Below are positions 7,395 through 15,462 of a DNA stretch of 21,122 bases, piece after piece. Both the position numbers and the translations under genes were made by a program. Location: NCBI GenBank assembly GCA_043739185.1, contig JAYUEN010000072.1, positions 1-21,122 on the forward strand. The letters are read 5' to 3'. The notes below the pieces were generated by a model. It ran no database searches, was not told the DNA's origin, and was given only the letters and a program-made list of their open reading frames with translations. This DNA is from Bdellovibrionales bacterium. GTDB taxonomy: Bacteria > Bdellovibrionota > Bdellovibrionia > Bdellovibrionales > JAMPXM01. How positions within the stretch are numbered: position 1 is the stretch's first letter; every line of letters starts with the position of its first letter.

Positions 7395-9125
7395 TTGATT
7401 TCTGAATCGAAATTTTTTAAGAAAATAAATTGGCTCGAAGCCTCGGTCAAAATTCTAGGGATTCTCTCGATTCTTTCATTGAGCATGAATGTCTTTATTC
7501 ATTTTTTCCCTCTGGATTTGAAGCTGGGACATGATGAGGCAGAACATTTACGTGTCATATTTGGTTTTGATAAGGGTCTGTTTCCTTTTAAAAATTATTT
7601 AGAAAATCACCCCATTCTTCCTCATATAGTGGCTTACTACATTAAAAATCTATTTGAGATTCAATCCGTGATCTCGCTTTATTACCTCCTCAAATTTATT
7701 GTTTTTTTACATTTTTTTGGTTGTGTCCTGCTGATTGGAAGATTTTTGAATGTTTTCCGCGAGGACCTCGGAATAGAAATACCTGTTTCATGGGCCATAC
7801 TTGTTGCTCTCGGATTCTTATCTGTCTGGGATTTGGGAAAAGACTGGATTTGGGGGCTTTCATCGATATGGATGATCCGACCTGACTGGCCGGCAAACTT
7901 CTACGTACTTTTGGCCTTCTACCTACATTTCAAGACCCTAAAAAAAGTCGAGGAAGACCCATTTAAAGGCAAGTTTGTCGCGTTCTTAAGTGGAGCCTCA
8001 CTCGCTTTGTCTGTCATTATTTTACCAAAATTTGTTTTCTTGGGAGTTCCGTATGTTTTAAGTTTTGTCGCCATGAGCGCCTCTTCGGTATCCGTTTGGC
8101 GCGAAAAGTTGCGCTCCCACATTAATAAGTATATTTACGCGCATCTCTGGATATTAATGGGTTTCTTAGCAATATTTATTCCCGGAATAGCTTTTGAGTT
8201 AAATTTCTTGAATGTTTCACTTTTAGATTACTTCAACTACGTTTACCAGTTGAATGTGCTTAAGCACGTACTCATGATTAATATAGGCGATGATTACAAT
8301 CCATGGAACATCTTAAGATCAATCATGGGCGTAGCCCTCTTGCCATTTAGCATTTTATTCGCATTCTATTTTGGACTTCTATCTTACCTTTCTCGCTATA
8401 AACCTGGCAGCCTCGAGCTCGGCGCTTTAATGATGTGCGGATTTATTTTGGCATTCAATATGCTCATTCCGGCATTTGCGAATGGCCTCATTTTTCCATG
8501 GTATTTTACCTACAGTATTGTGTCTCTTATCGCGCTCATAGTACTTTTCACAAATCGCATTTACAAACTCAGGTCCCCTGTTATCAAACTTTTAATAGGT
8601 ATTCTAATTTGCTTTCAAGTCGTTAAAAAATTTGGTGAGGCCGCACATAACTTCAAAGAGAGTCCTCAAGCCGTTTGTTTAATGAATTTAGACAGTTCAT
8701 GTTTTGGCCATTTACTTCATGAGCCAGAATTCCCCGAAAATGTCGTTTATTTTTCAATTTTTTTAGACAAAGTTCCAGTGAAAGCACGCTTAGCAAATTA
8801 TTATAGTCTGGGACCAAATTTGTTTCGTCTCTGGGTGGACGGAGCCGCTTTAAAGCTAGGACCCGATCCCGAAACTAACTTCAAGAAAATATTTGAATTA
8901 GACCCCCCTACGGCGGTTGTCGCTGACGATTTTGATGATTTTAGAAATTTAATAGGCCGAATTTCTCACGTTCAAAAAATAAATTTAAACTGGCTCAATG
9001 AAGTTGTGCGACGTAATTACATCTGTCACACAAAGAATTCGCAACGCCTTCTTCTCTTAGCTTCTAAGACATCTCAATTTGCAGAATTAGGCTGGGTCCC
9101 ATGTTTACCTAGTACGCTGAAATAG
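7395..9125 (+). CDS. Polytopic membrane protein, probable GT-C glycosyltransferase (ArnT/PMT-like)
   Basis: About 10 or more hydrophobic segments. The first external loop has HDEAEH followed by FP.KNYLENHP.L, then IRPD, and there is a soluble C-terminal domain. TTG start with GAGG upstream. Confidence 0.65.
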   Translation: MISESKFFKKINWLEASVKILGILSILSLSMNVFIHFFPLDLKLGHDEAEHLRVIFGFDKGLFPFKNYLENHPILPHIVAYYIKNLFEIQSVISLYYLLKFIVFLHFFGCVLLIGRFLNVFREDLGIEIPVSWAILVALGFLSVWDLGKDWIWGLSSIWMIRPDWPANFYVLLAFYLHFKTLKKVEEDPFKGKFVAFLSGASLALSVIILPKFVFLGVPYVLSFVAMSASSVSVWREKLRSHINKYIYAHLWILMGFLAIFIPGIAFELNFLNVSLLDYFNYVYQLNVLKHVLMINIGDDYNPWNILRSIMGVALLPFSILFAFYFGLLSYLSRYKPGSLELGALMMCGFILAFNMLIPAFANGLIFPWYFTYSIVSLIALIVLFTNRIYKLRSPVIKLLIGILICFQVVKKFGEAAHNFKESPQAVCLMNLDSSCFGHLLHEPEFPENVVYFSIFLDKVPVKARLANYYSLGPNLFRLWVDGAALKLGPDPETNFKKIFELDPPTAVVADDFDDFRNLIGRISHVQKINLNWLNEVVRRNYICHTKNSQRLLLLASKTSQFAELGWVPCLPSTLK

Positions 9126-9518
9126 ATTTCGATCACCGCGACTGGCCAAGATACCAAGACAAGCTTTATCTGAAAGGACAATTTTGACATGCGGATATTT
9201 CTGTCTACAAAGGACAATCAATTTTCTGAGGCCGATCGAATGAGATGCACTTTGTGTCTTTATTGTGTTCGATTGATGGTCTCGGTCGTGGATAAAACTT
9301 GAAGAAATGCCCACAAAGATAGTTTGAGAAGAAACATATTTATTTAGTAGCTGTTCAATTTCTTCGTCGGTGAAATCCGATAAACAGTCTATCACCTTAA
9401 CAGTGTTTGCATCGCTTCGAAGCAGATTAGCAAATCGATAAGCCCCAACTGAACGACTCCAAACTGGACCCGAGACATCAGTAATAATGAGGGCGTCATA
9501 GATCGCGGATTGAATCAT
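9105..9518 (-). pseudogene. Truncated N-terminal (cobalamin-binding-type) fragment of a B12-dependent radical SAM protein
   Basis: ATG at 9518 with GGAG upstream. RSVGAYRFANLLR..NTVKVID, TIFVGISSSF and KYPHVKIVL match the N-terminal domain of B12-radical SAM enzymes. The sequence diverges where IVxGG is expected (about 9172), has no CxxxCxxC, and runs into the convergent gene. Confidence 0.6.
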
Positions 9519-10929
9519 GATCGACTCCGGATCTCTCTTCTTCTTGATAATCATAATCGCAGTTGACAGCCCACAGGTCTAGGTCTGCACCTTGGACATT
9601 TTTGGCTGCCATCAGGCCCATTAAAATACTATGATCTTGATTATTATATTTAAATGCACCTCCGCGCCCAATGACTGCAAGCCCAGAAATTTTCTGTAAG
9701 TAATCTTGCAAAAGTTTTAGATTTTCTCGAAAGCCAGTCCTGTAAATAGGATAACATCTTGGAATTCTCACAACATGGCCTTTCAATATTTTTTCTTTGG
9801 TACACAGACCACATTTTATAAACTCGTCCTGAGCATTTTTAATGAGATCCTCGTCTGAGGCTCCCCAGATCTTATCCTCTTTGAAACACCAGTATTCAAG
9901 CGATACAATGCTTGTCTTCTCTTTGCCGAAAAGCGATCTGGACCAGTTTCGATAGTTGGTTATTCTACCCGTTTGTAAATTAGAGGAGTGAATATAGAGC
10001 CACTGATCAGGAAACAGCGAGGTCTCGTCAATCAAAAGGTAAACCAAAATCGTATTACGAAATTGAAGTTGCTCACTCGATTTTTGAACATCCTTTGGTA
10101 CGTCTTGCATTCCCTTAATAAGTAAATTCAGTGGCATGGTTGAAATGACATGATCTGCCTCGATCAGAGTACCGTCTACAAGGCCAACACCCGTCACCTC
10201 TGATTTATTCTGTATAAGTTGCTTCACTCTTGCATCAAAAAGTATTTGGCCTCCACTTTGAGTAATATGTTGAGCGAGTTTTTGATAGAAAGCACCGGTC
10301 CCGCCAGTCGAATAACGAAACGAATCAACTAGAGACTTATGAGTTGTTTGAGAACTGATTTGAATTGCATTTTTCACCGCTTCAAAAAACGAAAGCCTTC
10401 TTATTCTCTGCCGTGCAAAATCAGCGTCCAAATTTTGACATGAAATTCCCCAAAGTTTTTCTGAATATGATTTGAAAAAAAAATGATAGAGTCTTCTTCC
10501 AAATCGATTGATTACCCAGCCCTCAAAATGACTCTCATCTTTTTCGGGCCAGAGTTTCACAGAAAGATAACTGCCAATGCAGAAAATACTTTCTAGAATG
10601 CCAAGATTCCAAAGGACATTTCCAATCTTGAGGGGATAATAAAAAAATTTGTTATTATAAAAAATGCGGGTCAGCCGAGAGACATCTTCAAAATCCTTTT
10701 GTGCAACCCCAAGCCAAAACGCATTTATTTCAGGATCTGCACTAAAGAAGCGATGCGGCCCCAAATCCACAAGACAGTTCCAAAGAGGAATGGTTTTAGA
10801 CATTCCGCCTACTTCACTCCCGGCCTCAACAACACAAACGTCGAAACTCCCGGCTTGCGTGAGTTGATAGGCGGCTGTTAGACCTGCTGGACCGGCGCCA
10901 ATGACGACGACCTTTTTCTTTTGATTCAT
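9496..10929 (-). CDS. FAD-dependent oxidoreductase of the UDP-galactopyranose mutase/protoporphyrinogen oxidase-like superfamily
   Basis: VVVIGAGPAGLTAA dinucleotide fold, VGGMSKT, DLGPHRFFS, YSEKLWG, RCYPIY and C-terminal GRGGAFKYNNQDHSILMG. Confidence 0.85.
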   Translation of the reverse strand: MNQKKKVVVIGAGPAGLTAAYQLTQAGSFDVCVVEAGSEVGGMSKTIPLWNCLVDLGPHRFFSADPEINAFWLGVAQKDFEDVSRLTRIFYNNKFFYYPLKIGNVLWNLGILESIFCIGSYLSVKLWPEKDESHFEGWVINRFGRRLYHFFFKSYSEKLWGISCQNLDADFARQRIRRLSFFEAVKNAIQISSQTTHKSLVDSFRYSTGGTGAFYQKLAQHITQSGGQILFDARVKQLIQNKSEVTGVGLVDGTLIEADHVISTMPLNLLIKGMQDVPKDVQKSSEQLQFRNTILVYLLIDETSLFPDQWLYIHSSNLQTGRITNYRNWSRSLFGKEKTSIVSLEYWCFKEDKIWGASDEDLIKNAQDEFIKCGLCTKEKILKGHVVRIPRCYPIYRTGFRENLKLLQDYLQKISGLAVIGRGGAFKYNNQDHSILMGLMAAKNVQGADLDLWAVNCDYDYQEEERSGVDHDSIRDL

Positions 10930-10987
10930 ATTTAAATCATGTTTCAGCGTCTTCTTGACTGCAACTGAATTGCGTTTTTAACAAAAA

Positions 10988-11008
10988 TTGACATTAAATA
11001 AATGTCAA
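10988..11008. promoter_or_regulatory. Perfect inverted repeat TTGACATT-N5-AATGTCAA; candidate operator or paired -35 boxes
   Basis: Seen directly in the divergent gap between the FAD oxidoreductase and the cytochrome P460 gene. It places TTGACA on both strands. Confidence 0.5.
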
Positions 11009-11123
11009 AATCAATCGAGTGGAATAAAAAACTCATAAAAATAAAATTCAAATCTAGGATTTTATAGCTTATGCTACCACTGGCTCAATCCTATAAGTTC
11101 GTTTTTCTAGCGGAGTCGTTACG

Positions 11124-12005
11124 ATGAGACTATTTTATTTCTTTGCAATGAGCGTCTTGATTTCGATTCAGGCGGGTGCCTATTTCGATATTCAGAGCAA
11201 AAAAGACCTCACACATGAAATGAACGGGATCGATTTTCTAAAATATAAAGACTTCGTGAAAAAATGGCATTTGGTTACGGTTCGTTATCGAAAAGATTCA
11301 AATGAAATGCGCTTTGTCTACGCCAATGATTTAGCTTGGAATTCAATGAACAAACTGAAGCCCCATTATCCTGAAGGCGCCGTTTTCGCTAAAATAGGCC
11401 TGACCTCTGAAGTTGACCCCGTATTTCCAAGTTCTGTTGTTCCTTCTGGAGCAAAGAGGTACCAATTCATGGTAAAAGACTCTGCTAAATATAAAGAAAG
11501 TGACGGCTGGGGTTACGCACTGTTTACGGGCAACGGAAAAATTTTTGATGAGGCCCTGAAGCCGAACATGATGGCTTGTGTCGCCTGTCACCGGATTGTT
11601 CCTACCCGAGATTTTGTTTTTTCACGTCAGGCTTCTCTGGATTTCAATTCCATCAATCCTGACAATAAATCAGAACTTCTTGAAAGAAAACTGAGCTTCA
11701 CAGTTTTAAATCGAAATGACATCCCAAAAAAAATGGACGAACTATTGCCGAAAGATACTAAGAATATCGACAGTCTTGATGGCCCCCTCAAGAAATTCGC
11801 ATTTTCAGGAACACTTGATGAAGTCATTCCACTCCTAATCGAACAAACTAAGTTAAACCAGCGGCCCAGTGCTCTTATTGCGAATTCCGAGACATTTTCT
11901 TTAGTCAGACCAAACGACGGCACTTGTCATCCACCCAGTGCCTCTTATCTTATTTCGGTTTATCTTAATGGGGCCCCGGTACGAAGCACAGAAGTTTGTC
12001 AGTAA
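11124..12005 (+). CDS. Cytochrome P460 family c-type cytochrome with C-terminal extension
   Basis: Signal peptide (..IQAGA), KWHLV, EMRFVYAN, YPEGAVFAK, MVKDSAKY, GWGYALF, CVACH and DFVFS are collinear with the P460/c'-beta fold. GGAG RBS. About 125 extra C-terminal residues. Confidence 0.85.
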   Translation: MRLFYFFAMSVLISIQAGAYFDIQSKKDLTHEMNGIDFLKYKDFVKKWHLVTVRYRKDSNEMRFVYANDLAWNSMNKLKPHYPEGAVFAKIGLTSEVDPVFPSSVVPSGAKRYQFMVKDSAKYKESDGWGYALFTGNGKIFDEALKPNMMACVACHRIVPTRDFVFSRQASLDFNSINPDNKSELLERKLSFTVLNRNDIPKKMDELLPKDTKNIDSLDGPLKKFAFSGTLDEVIPLLIEQTKLNQRPSALIANSETFSLVRPNDGTCHPPSASYLISVYLNGAPVRSTEVCQ

Positions 12006-12985
12006 AGAGCTGAATACTTCGGATAGTCTCGAAATACTTGTTCAAGACCTGTCTCCAAATCATATTTAAATTTAAATCCGAGATCAAGAAGACGAGTTGG
12101 ATCGCCACAGCGGTACTGCACACCTGAAGGAAGCTGAGTTTGCGCCTTTACCTCGCAAGATTTCTTAGCGTGTTTCAAATAAATCTGAGCAACCTCAATA
12201 AAACTTGTCGGAACTCCCATTCCTAAGTTCAAAACTTCGCCGTTCGACGTTTTCTCTTTGGTGAAATAAACCGCCTCTATCACATCGTCAATATGAATGA
12301 AGTCGCGTACTTGTTGTCCGGTACCCCAAATAAGAAAGGGCTCTCCACTTTTAATTTGATGAGCCTGTCGACAGAGATTCGTGACTGGGTACCTTAAACT
12401 CTGATCAACCCCATAGCCCGAGAACGGGCGAAAGATACGAGTCTGAGTCTGTGTACGTCCAATGAAAAAATGAGTTAAGACCTCGAGATTGAGCTTTCCC
12501 CATCCGTAAGTCATATCTGGAAAACCGCTCAAATTCTTAGGATTCAAATCCGACTCTGCCAAACTTCTTTTCGAGCTGAATTCCTGCAAATGAGTAGGAT
12601 AGACAGCGCTTGAAGAAAAAAGCATAACTTCAGCAACAGGATTTTTAAGTGCCCACCTAAAAAACCGCAAATCAATTTCTAAGTTCTGGGCAATTTCGAA
12701 AGGATCATTTTCAATCGTCAGTCGACCGCCAACGATGCTTGCTAGGTGAATGGCCATATCAAATTTCGTCGTATTAGATTCAAAAAATTGGCGACAGTCT
12801 TGCTCGACAAGCTCGAAATCATGAGAGCTAATTTTTTCGATTTGAAACCAAGTGGTTTCAGGTCTCAGGCCTCCGCCAGTTTCAGAGAAGTTGTCGACAA
12901 CAGTGACTTCATCTCCCGCCGATAAACATCTCTTTAAAAAATTTCGGCCCACAAAACCAAGACCGCCGGTAATGAGAACCTTCAT
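11999..12985 (-). CDS. NAD-dependent epimerase/dehydratase (extended SDR, NDP-sugar modifying)
   Basis: MKVLITGGLGFVG, HLAS, FSSSAVYP, YGWGK (YxxxK) and WGTGQQVRDFIHIDD. The true start is probably ATG 12985, overlapping the upstream stop (ATGA), not 13012. Confidence 0.9.
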   Translation of the reverse strand: MKVLITGGLGFVGRNFLKRCLSAGDEVTVVDNFSETGGGLRPETTWFQIEKISSHDFELVEQDCRQFFESNTTKFDMAIHLASIVGGRLTIENDPFEIAQNLEIDLRFFRWALKNPVAEVMLFSSSAVYPTHLQEFSSKRSLAESDLNPKNLSGFPDMTYGWGKLNLEVLTHFFIGRTQTQTRIFRPFSGYGVDQSLRYPVTNLCRQAHQIKSGEPFLIWGTGQQVRDFIHIDDVIEAVYFTKEKTSNGEVLNLGMGVPTSFIEVAQIYLKHAKKSCEVKAQTQLPSGVQYRCGDPTRLLDLGFKFKYDLETGLEQVFRDYPKYSALY

Positions 12986-13908
12986 TGAACCATTAACTTT
13001 CGATAACGGCAAAATGCCTTAAACGAACGTGCCGGCAAAAATGTTTTAAGAGCCTTCTCAGGATTTTTTCGAACCTGAGTCGCGAATGCGAGGTTACTCT
13101 GGTAGCCTAAAAGTTCGTTTTTGAGGTCGACCACTAGGTTGTGTTTATTTCGGACCTGCACAACACTAGGTTTATCAAAACGAAGCTTGAATCCTATTGA
13201 TTGGACATAATAAGCCGCCCAAATATCGTCAAACCTTCCCACATGAGGAAACATAAAATAGTGTGGCAGAACATTTTTCGAAACAAATGTATTCTGGCTA
13301 TTAAACGGAGTTAGCGCATGACTGGAAAACGATTTAGTTTGAGAAGAGAATTTACAATCAGGTCTGAAGGCGATTCTACAAACCGCATCGACATCAGGAT
13401 CTCCATTCCAAAGATCTGCCTTAATGTCAAACTTATCATGCCGAAGGCTTTCTTTGAGATTAAGGTTCTTCTCAGGCAAAAGCTCGATCGGAAATCCACG
13501 ATGCCATAAATTCGAGTGCTCTGTTACCGAAAGAGGATCAAAACAGATCGACTTCGTTTTAAAGTCTCTTGTCACGACTTCTTTATCGAAATCGACTCCC
13601 TTTCCCCAATGTGGCATCGGGATATTGTCATCATCGACTGTCGCAATGATGTCGGCCCCTAAATTTCGGGCCAGCAAAAAACCAAAATTTCGGCGTTGTA
13701 TGCAGTTCCATCCGATCAAATCCGACAATTTTTTGTCGATTTTCTCTTGATCACGAGGTGAAACGTAGAGTCCATTCTTGAGCTTGAAGTTAGCAGGGGT
13801 CTTTTGATCGCCAATGACAATCAAAGACCAATCTTTGATTCGATCAAACATTCGTAAAGCTTTTGTAGGAGCATTTATCGAGGTCGTAACAATAATTTTA
13901 ACAGACAT
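12982..13908 (-). CDS. RGP/UDP-arabinopyranose mutase- or STELLO (DUF288)-like GT75-type protein
   Basis: IVTTSINAPT, VIGDQKTP, RRNFGFL, TVDDDN, HRGFP, LWNGDPDVDA, PFNSQNT and GRFDDIW parallel plant RGP/STELLO motifs. Confidence 0.78.
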   Translation of the reverse strand: MSVKIIVTTSINAPTKALRMFDRIKDWSLIVIGDQKTPANFKLKNGLYVSPRDQEKIDKKLSDLIGWNCIQRRNFGFLLARNLGADIIATVDDDNIPMPHWGKGVDFDKEVVTRDFKTKSICFDPLSVTEHSNLWHRGFPIELLPEKNLNLKESLRHDKFDIKADLWNGDPDVDAVCRIAFRPDCKFSSQTKSFSSHALTPFNSQNTFVSKNVLPHYFMFPHVGRFDDIWAAYYVQSIGFKLRFDKPSVVQVRNKHNLVVDLKNELLGYQSNLAFATQVRKNPEKALKTFLPARSFKAFCRYRKLMVQ

Positions 13909-14636
13909 CGGTAAAATCTAGATCCAGACAACAAAAGATGCAAATAAGAAAGGTTGTTCTTCCATTCTTTTTTCGATGATCCTTCTGATCTCTTGGTCCA
14001 GGACCCAGGAACCTCAATGACAGGATAGCGATTTTGCAATGGAATGAGCAGGGCCTCAAGCAGGATCGCATGGTTTGTTTGCGAAAACTGCATTTGCTTG
14101 AGTTCAGAGGTCGGATAAATACGGTAACCAAAAGTTAAATCACTCAGGGAAGTCCTAAAAATCACACGTCCAAGCAGTTGAAATAAGAAATTGGCAACTC
14201 GATTCATAAAACCATAGCCTTTAAAAAAAGTACCTTTTTGCCAGCGAGAAACGGTGACAATTGCTTGAGGGTTTGAGGATGAAGCTTTGATCATATCCTT
14301 CACCAAATGAGGATCAGTTTCAAGATCTGAAGCCATTAATATAAAATAAGCTTCTTTACAAAGATTGATACCCTTCTTGAACGCGCCTGCAAGCTTCGCC
14401 TCATCTTGAATCTCACAAAGATAATTCTGATGTTGAAATTGCACTTTCAGATAAGCCAAGATGTCATCACGATTCTTCGAGTTATTCGTAACGACGTAAA
14501 AAAAATGTTCGCTTTGAATTTCTTCTGAAAGAATCCTCATCGTTGCCAAAAGAGAGGTTCGCTCCTCGACGCATGGCAGGAAGATACCATAAGATTTTTG
14601 CGGATCAACTTTCACTTTTTTCCTTTGATGGTTCAC
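13875..14636 (-). CDS. Glycosyltransferase family 2, DPM1/polyprenyl-phosphate glycosyltransferase-like
   Basis: IFLPCVEE, ILMASDLETDP (degenerate DxD), TVSRW, SDLTFGYRIY and IEVPGSWTKRSEGSSK. GTG start; 34-nt overlap with the next gene. Confidence 0.82.
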   Translation of the reverse strand: MNHQRKKVKVDPQKSYGIFLPCVEERTSLLATMRILSEEIQSEHFFYVVTNNSKNRDDILAYLKVQFQHQNYLCEIQDEAKLAGAFKKGINLCKEAYFILMASDLETDPHLVKDMIKASSSNPQAIVTVSRWQKGTFFKGYGFMNRVANFLFQLLGRVIFRTSLSDLTFGYRIYPTSELKQMQFSQTNHAILLEALLIPLQNRYPVIEVPGSWTKRSEGSSKKEWKNNLSYLHLLLSGSRFYRCLLKLLLRPR

Positions 14637-14723
14637 AAAAGAATAAGATCATAGGAAAGCAAAATCAATGTATGTCGGAGACAAGCGCACTGTGCCTAAC
14701 TCATTGCCAGCATTTTCAAGAAA

Positions 14724-15408
14724 ATGACCGCACAAATGAATAGAAAAGAATGGAAACAGTATTTAAAGCCGAGTTTCAGCGCGATGAAATTCGTTCTATT
14801 TTTACTTGTGATAGATTGCCTCGGAATTCATTTTAGGGGAGCCCCTCTGGCAATGTGGGCGAGACATTTCTAAAGCCTCGAGTTGCACCAAAACGCAGTT
14901 CTAGCCTTGTTTGCGATTCAAATAGGCGCGCTTGCCATGATGCTAACCTACCTACTCTCTCTTTTTCTTCAGCTCCTGCAGCCCAAGAAGGAGAATTTTT
15001 TTTCTTTCTCTCTCGATTTACTTATTTCTTTTTCTTGTTCTAAAATCTCCCCAGATTTTTGAAGACTTCGGAATTCAGTTTATCGGCCCAAAGCTTGAAA
15101 TCTCAGAGCGTTTTCAATTGCTGAGTGTTTTGAGTCTAGTAGCTTTTGTTCTCACCAATTTGCATTTTTGGAGTCAACTCAAAAACAATACTTTGAAAAG
15201 CGTGTGCATTAACGACTGGTACCTCGACAATGCTTATGTGAACAGACGAAAACATGGCGTTTGGCAAAAAGATTTGGATCTCGATAAATGTGACTATATT
15301 TGCCTCGACGACACGGCTTCTATGCTAACCGAAGAGAATTTCTTAAAGATCTTCATTAATTTTGAATTGGTCAGTTATCGAATTTACAAAAACAAAAATA
15401 GGATTTAG
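14724..15408 (+). pseudogene. Disrupted membrane-protein gene (in-frame stop plus +1 frameshift)
   Basis: ATG 14724 opens MTAQMNRKEW...FVLFLLVIDCLGIHF..., with TAA at 14871-14873. The same frame continues hydrophobic (AVLALFAIQIGALAMMLTYLLSLFLQLLQPKKEN). Removing one T from the T8 run at 14996-15003 joins it to FFLSLSIYLFLFLVLKSPQIFEDFG..., which is continuous with ORF 15118-15408. Confidence 0.55.
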
Positions 15409-15462
15409 AGATCTCTAAAATGAATACACCTTTGTTCATTTGTAGGTTAATGTTTATAAAGA

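Noticed and set aside
11124..12005. P460 as evidence of an ammonia- or methane-oxidising host
   Set aside because: The family is widespread outside nitrifiers, the catalytic Glu appears to be replaced, and no amo/hao/pmo genes are present here.
12986..13012. N-terminal extension of the epimerase, and similarly 9519-9554 of the radical SAM fragment
   Set aside because: Internal ATGs at 12985 (ATGA coupling, directly before the Rossmann motif) and 9518 (GGAG RBS) are better starts.
14855..15043. 62-aa ORF, and ORF 15118-15408 treated as an independent gene
   Set aside because: The first is an off-frame shadow. The second is better explained as the 3' part of the disrupted gene starting at 14724.
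15432..15460. TTGTTC-N17-TATAAA promoter-like match
   Set aside because: The -10 ends 2 nt before the ATG at 15463, so transcription would start inside the CDS. Such matches are common in AT-rich DNA.
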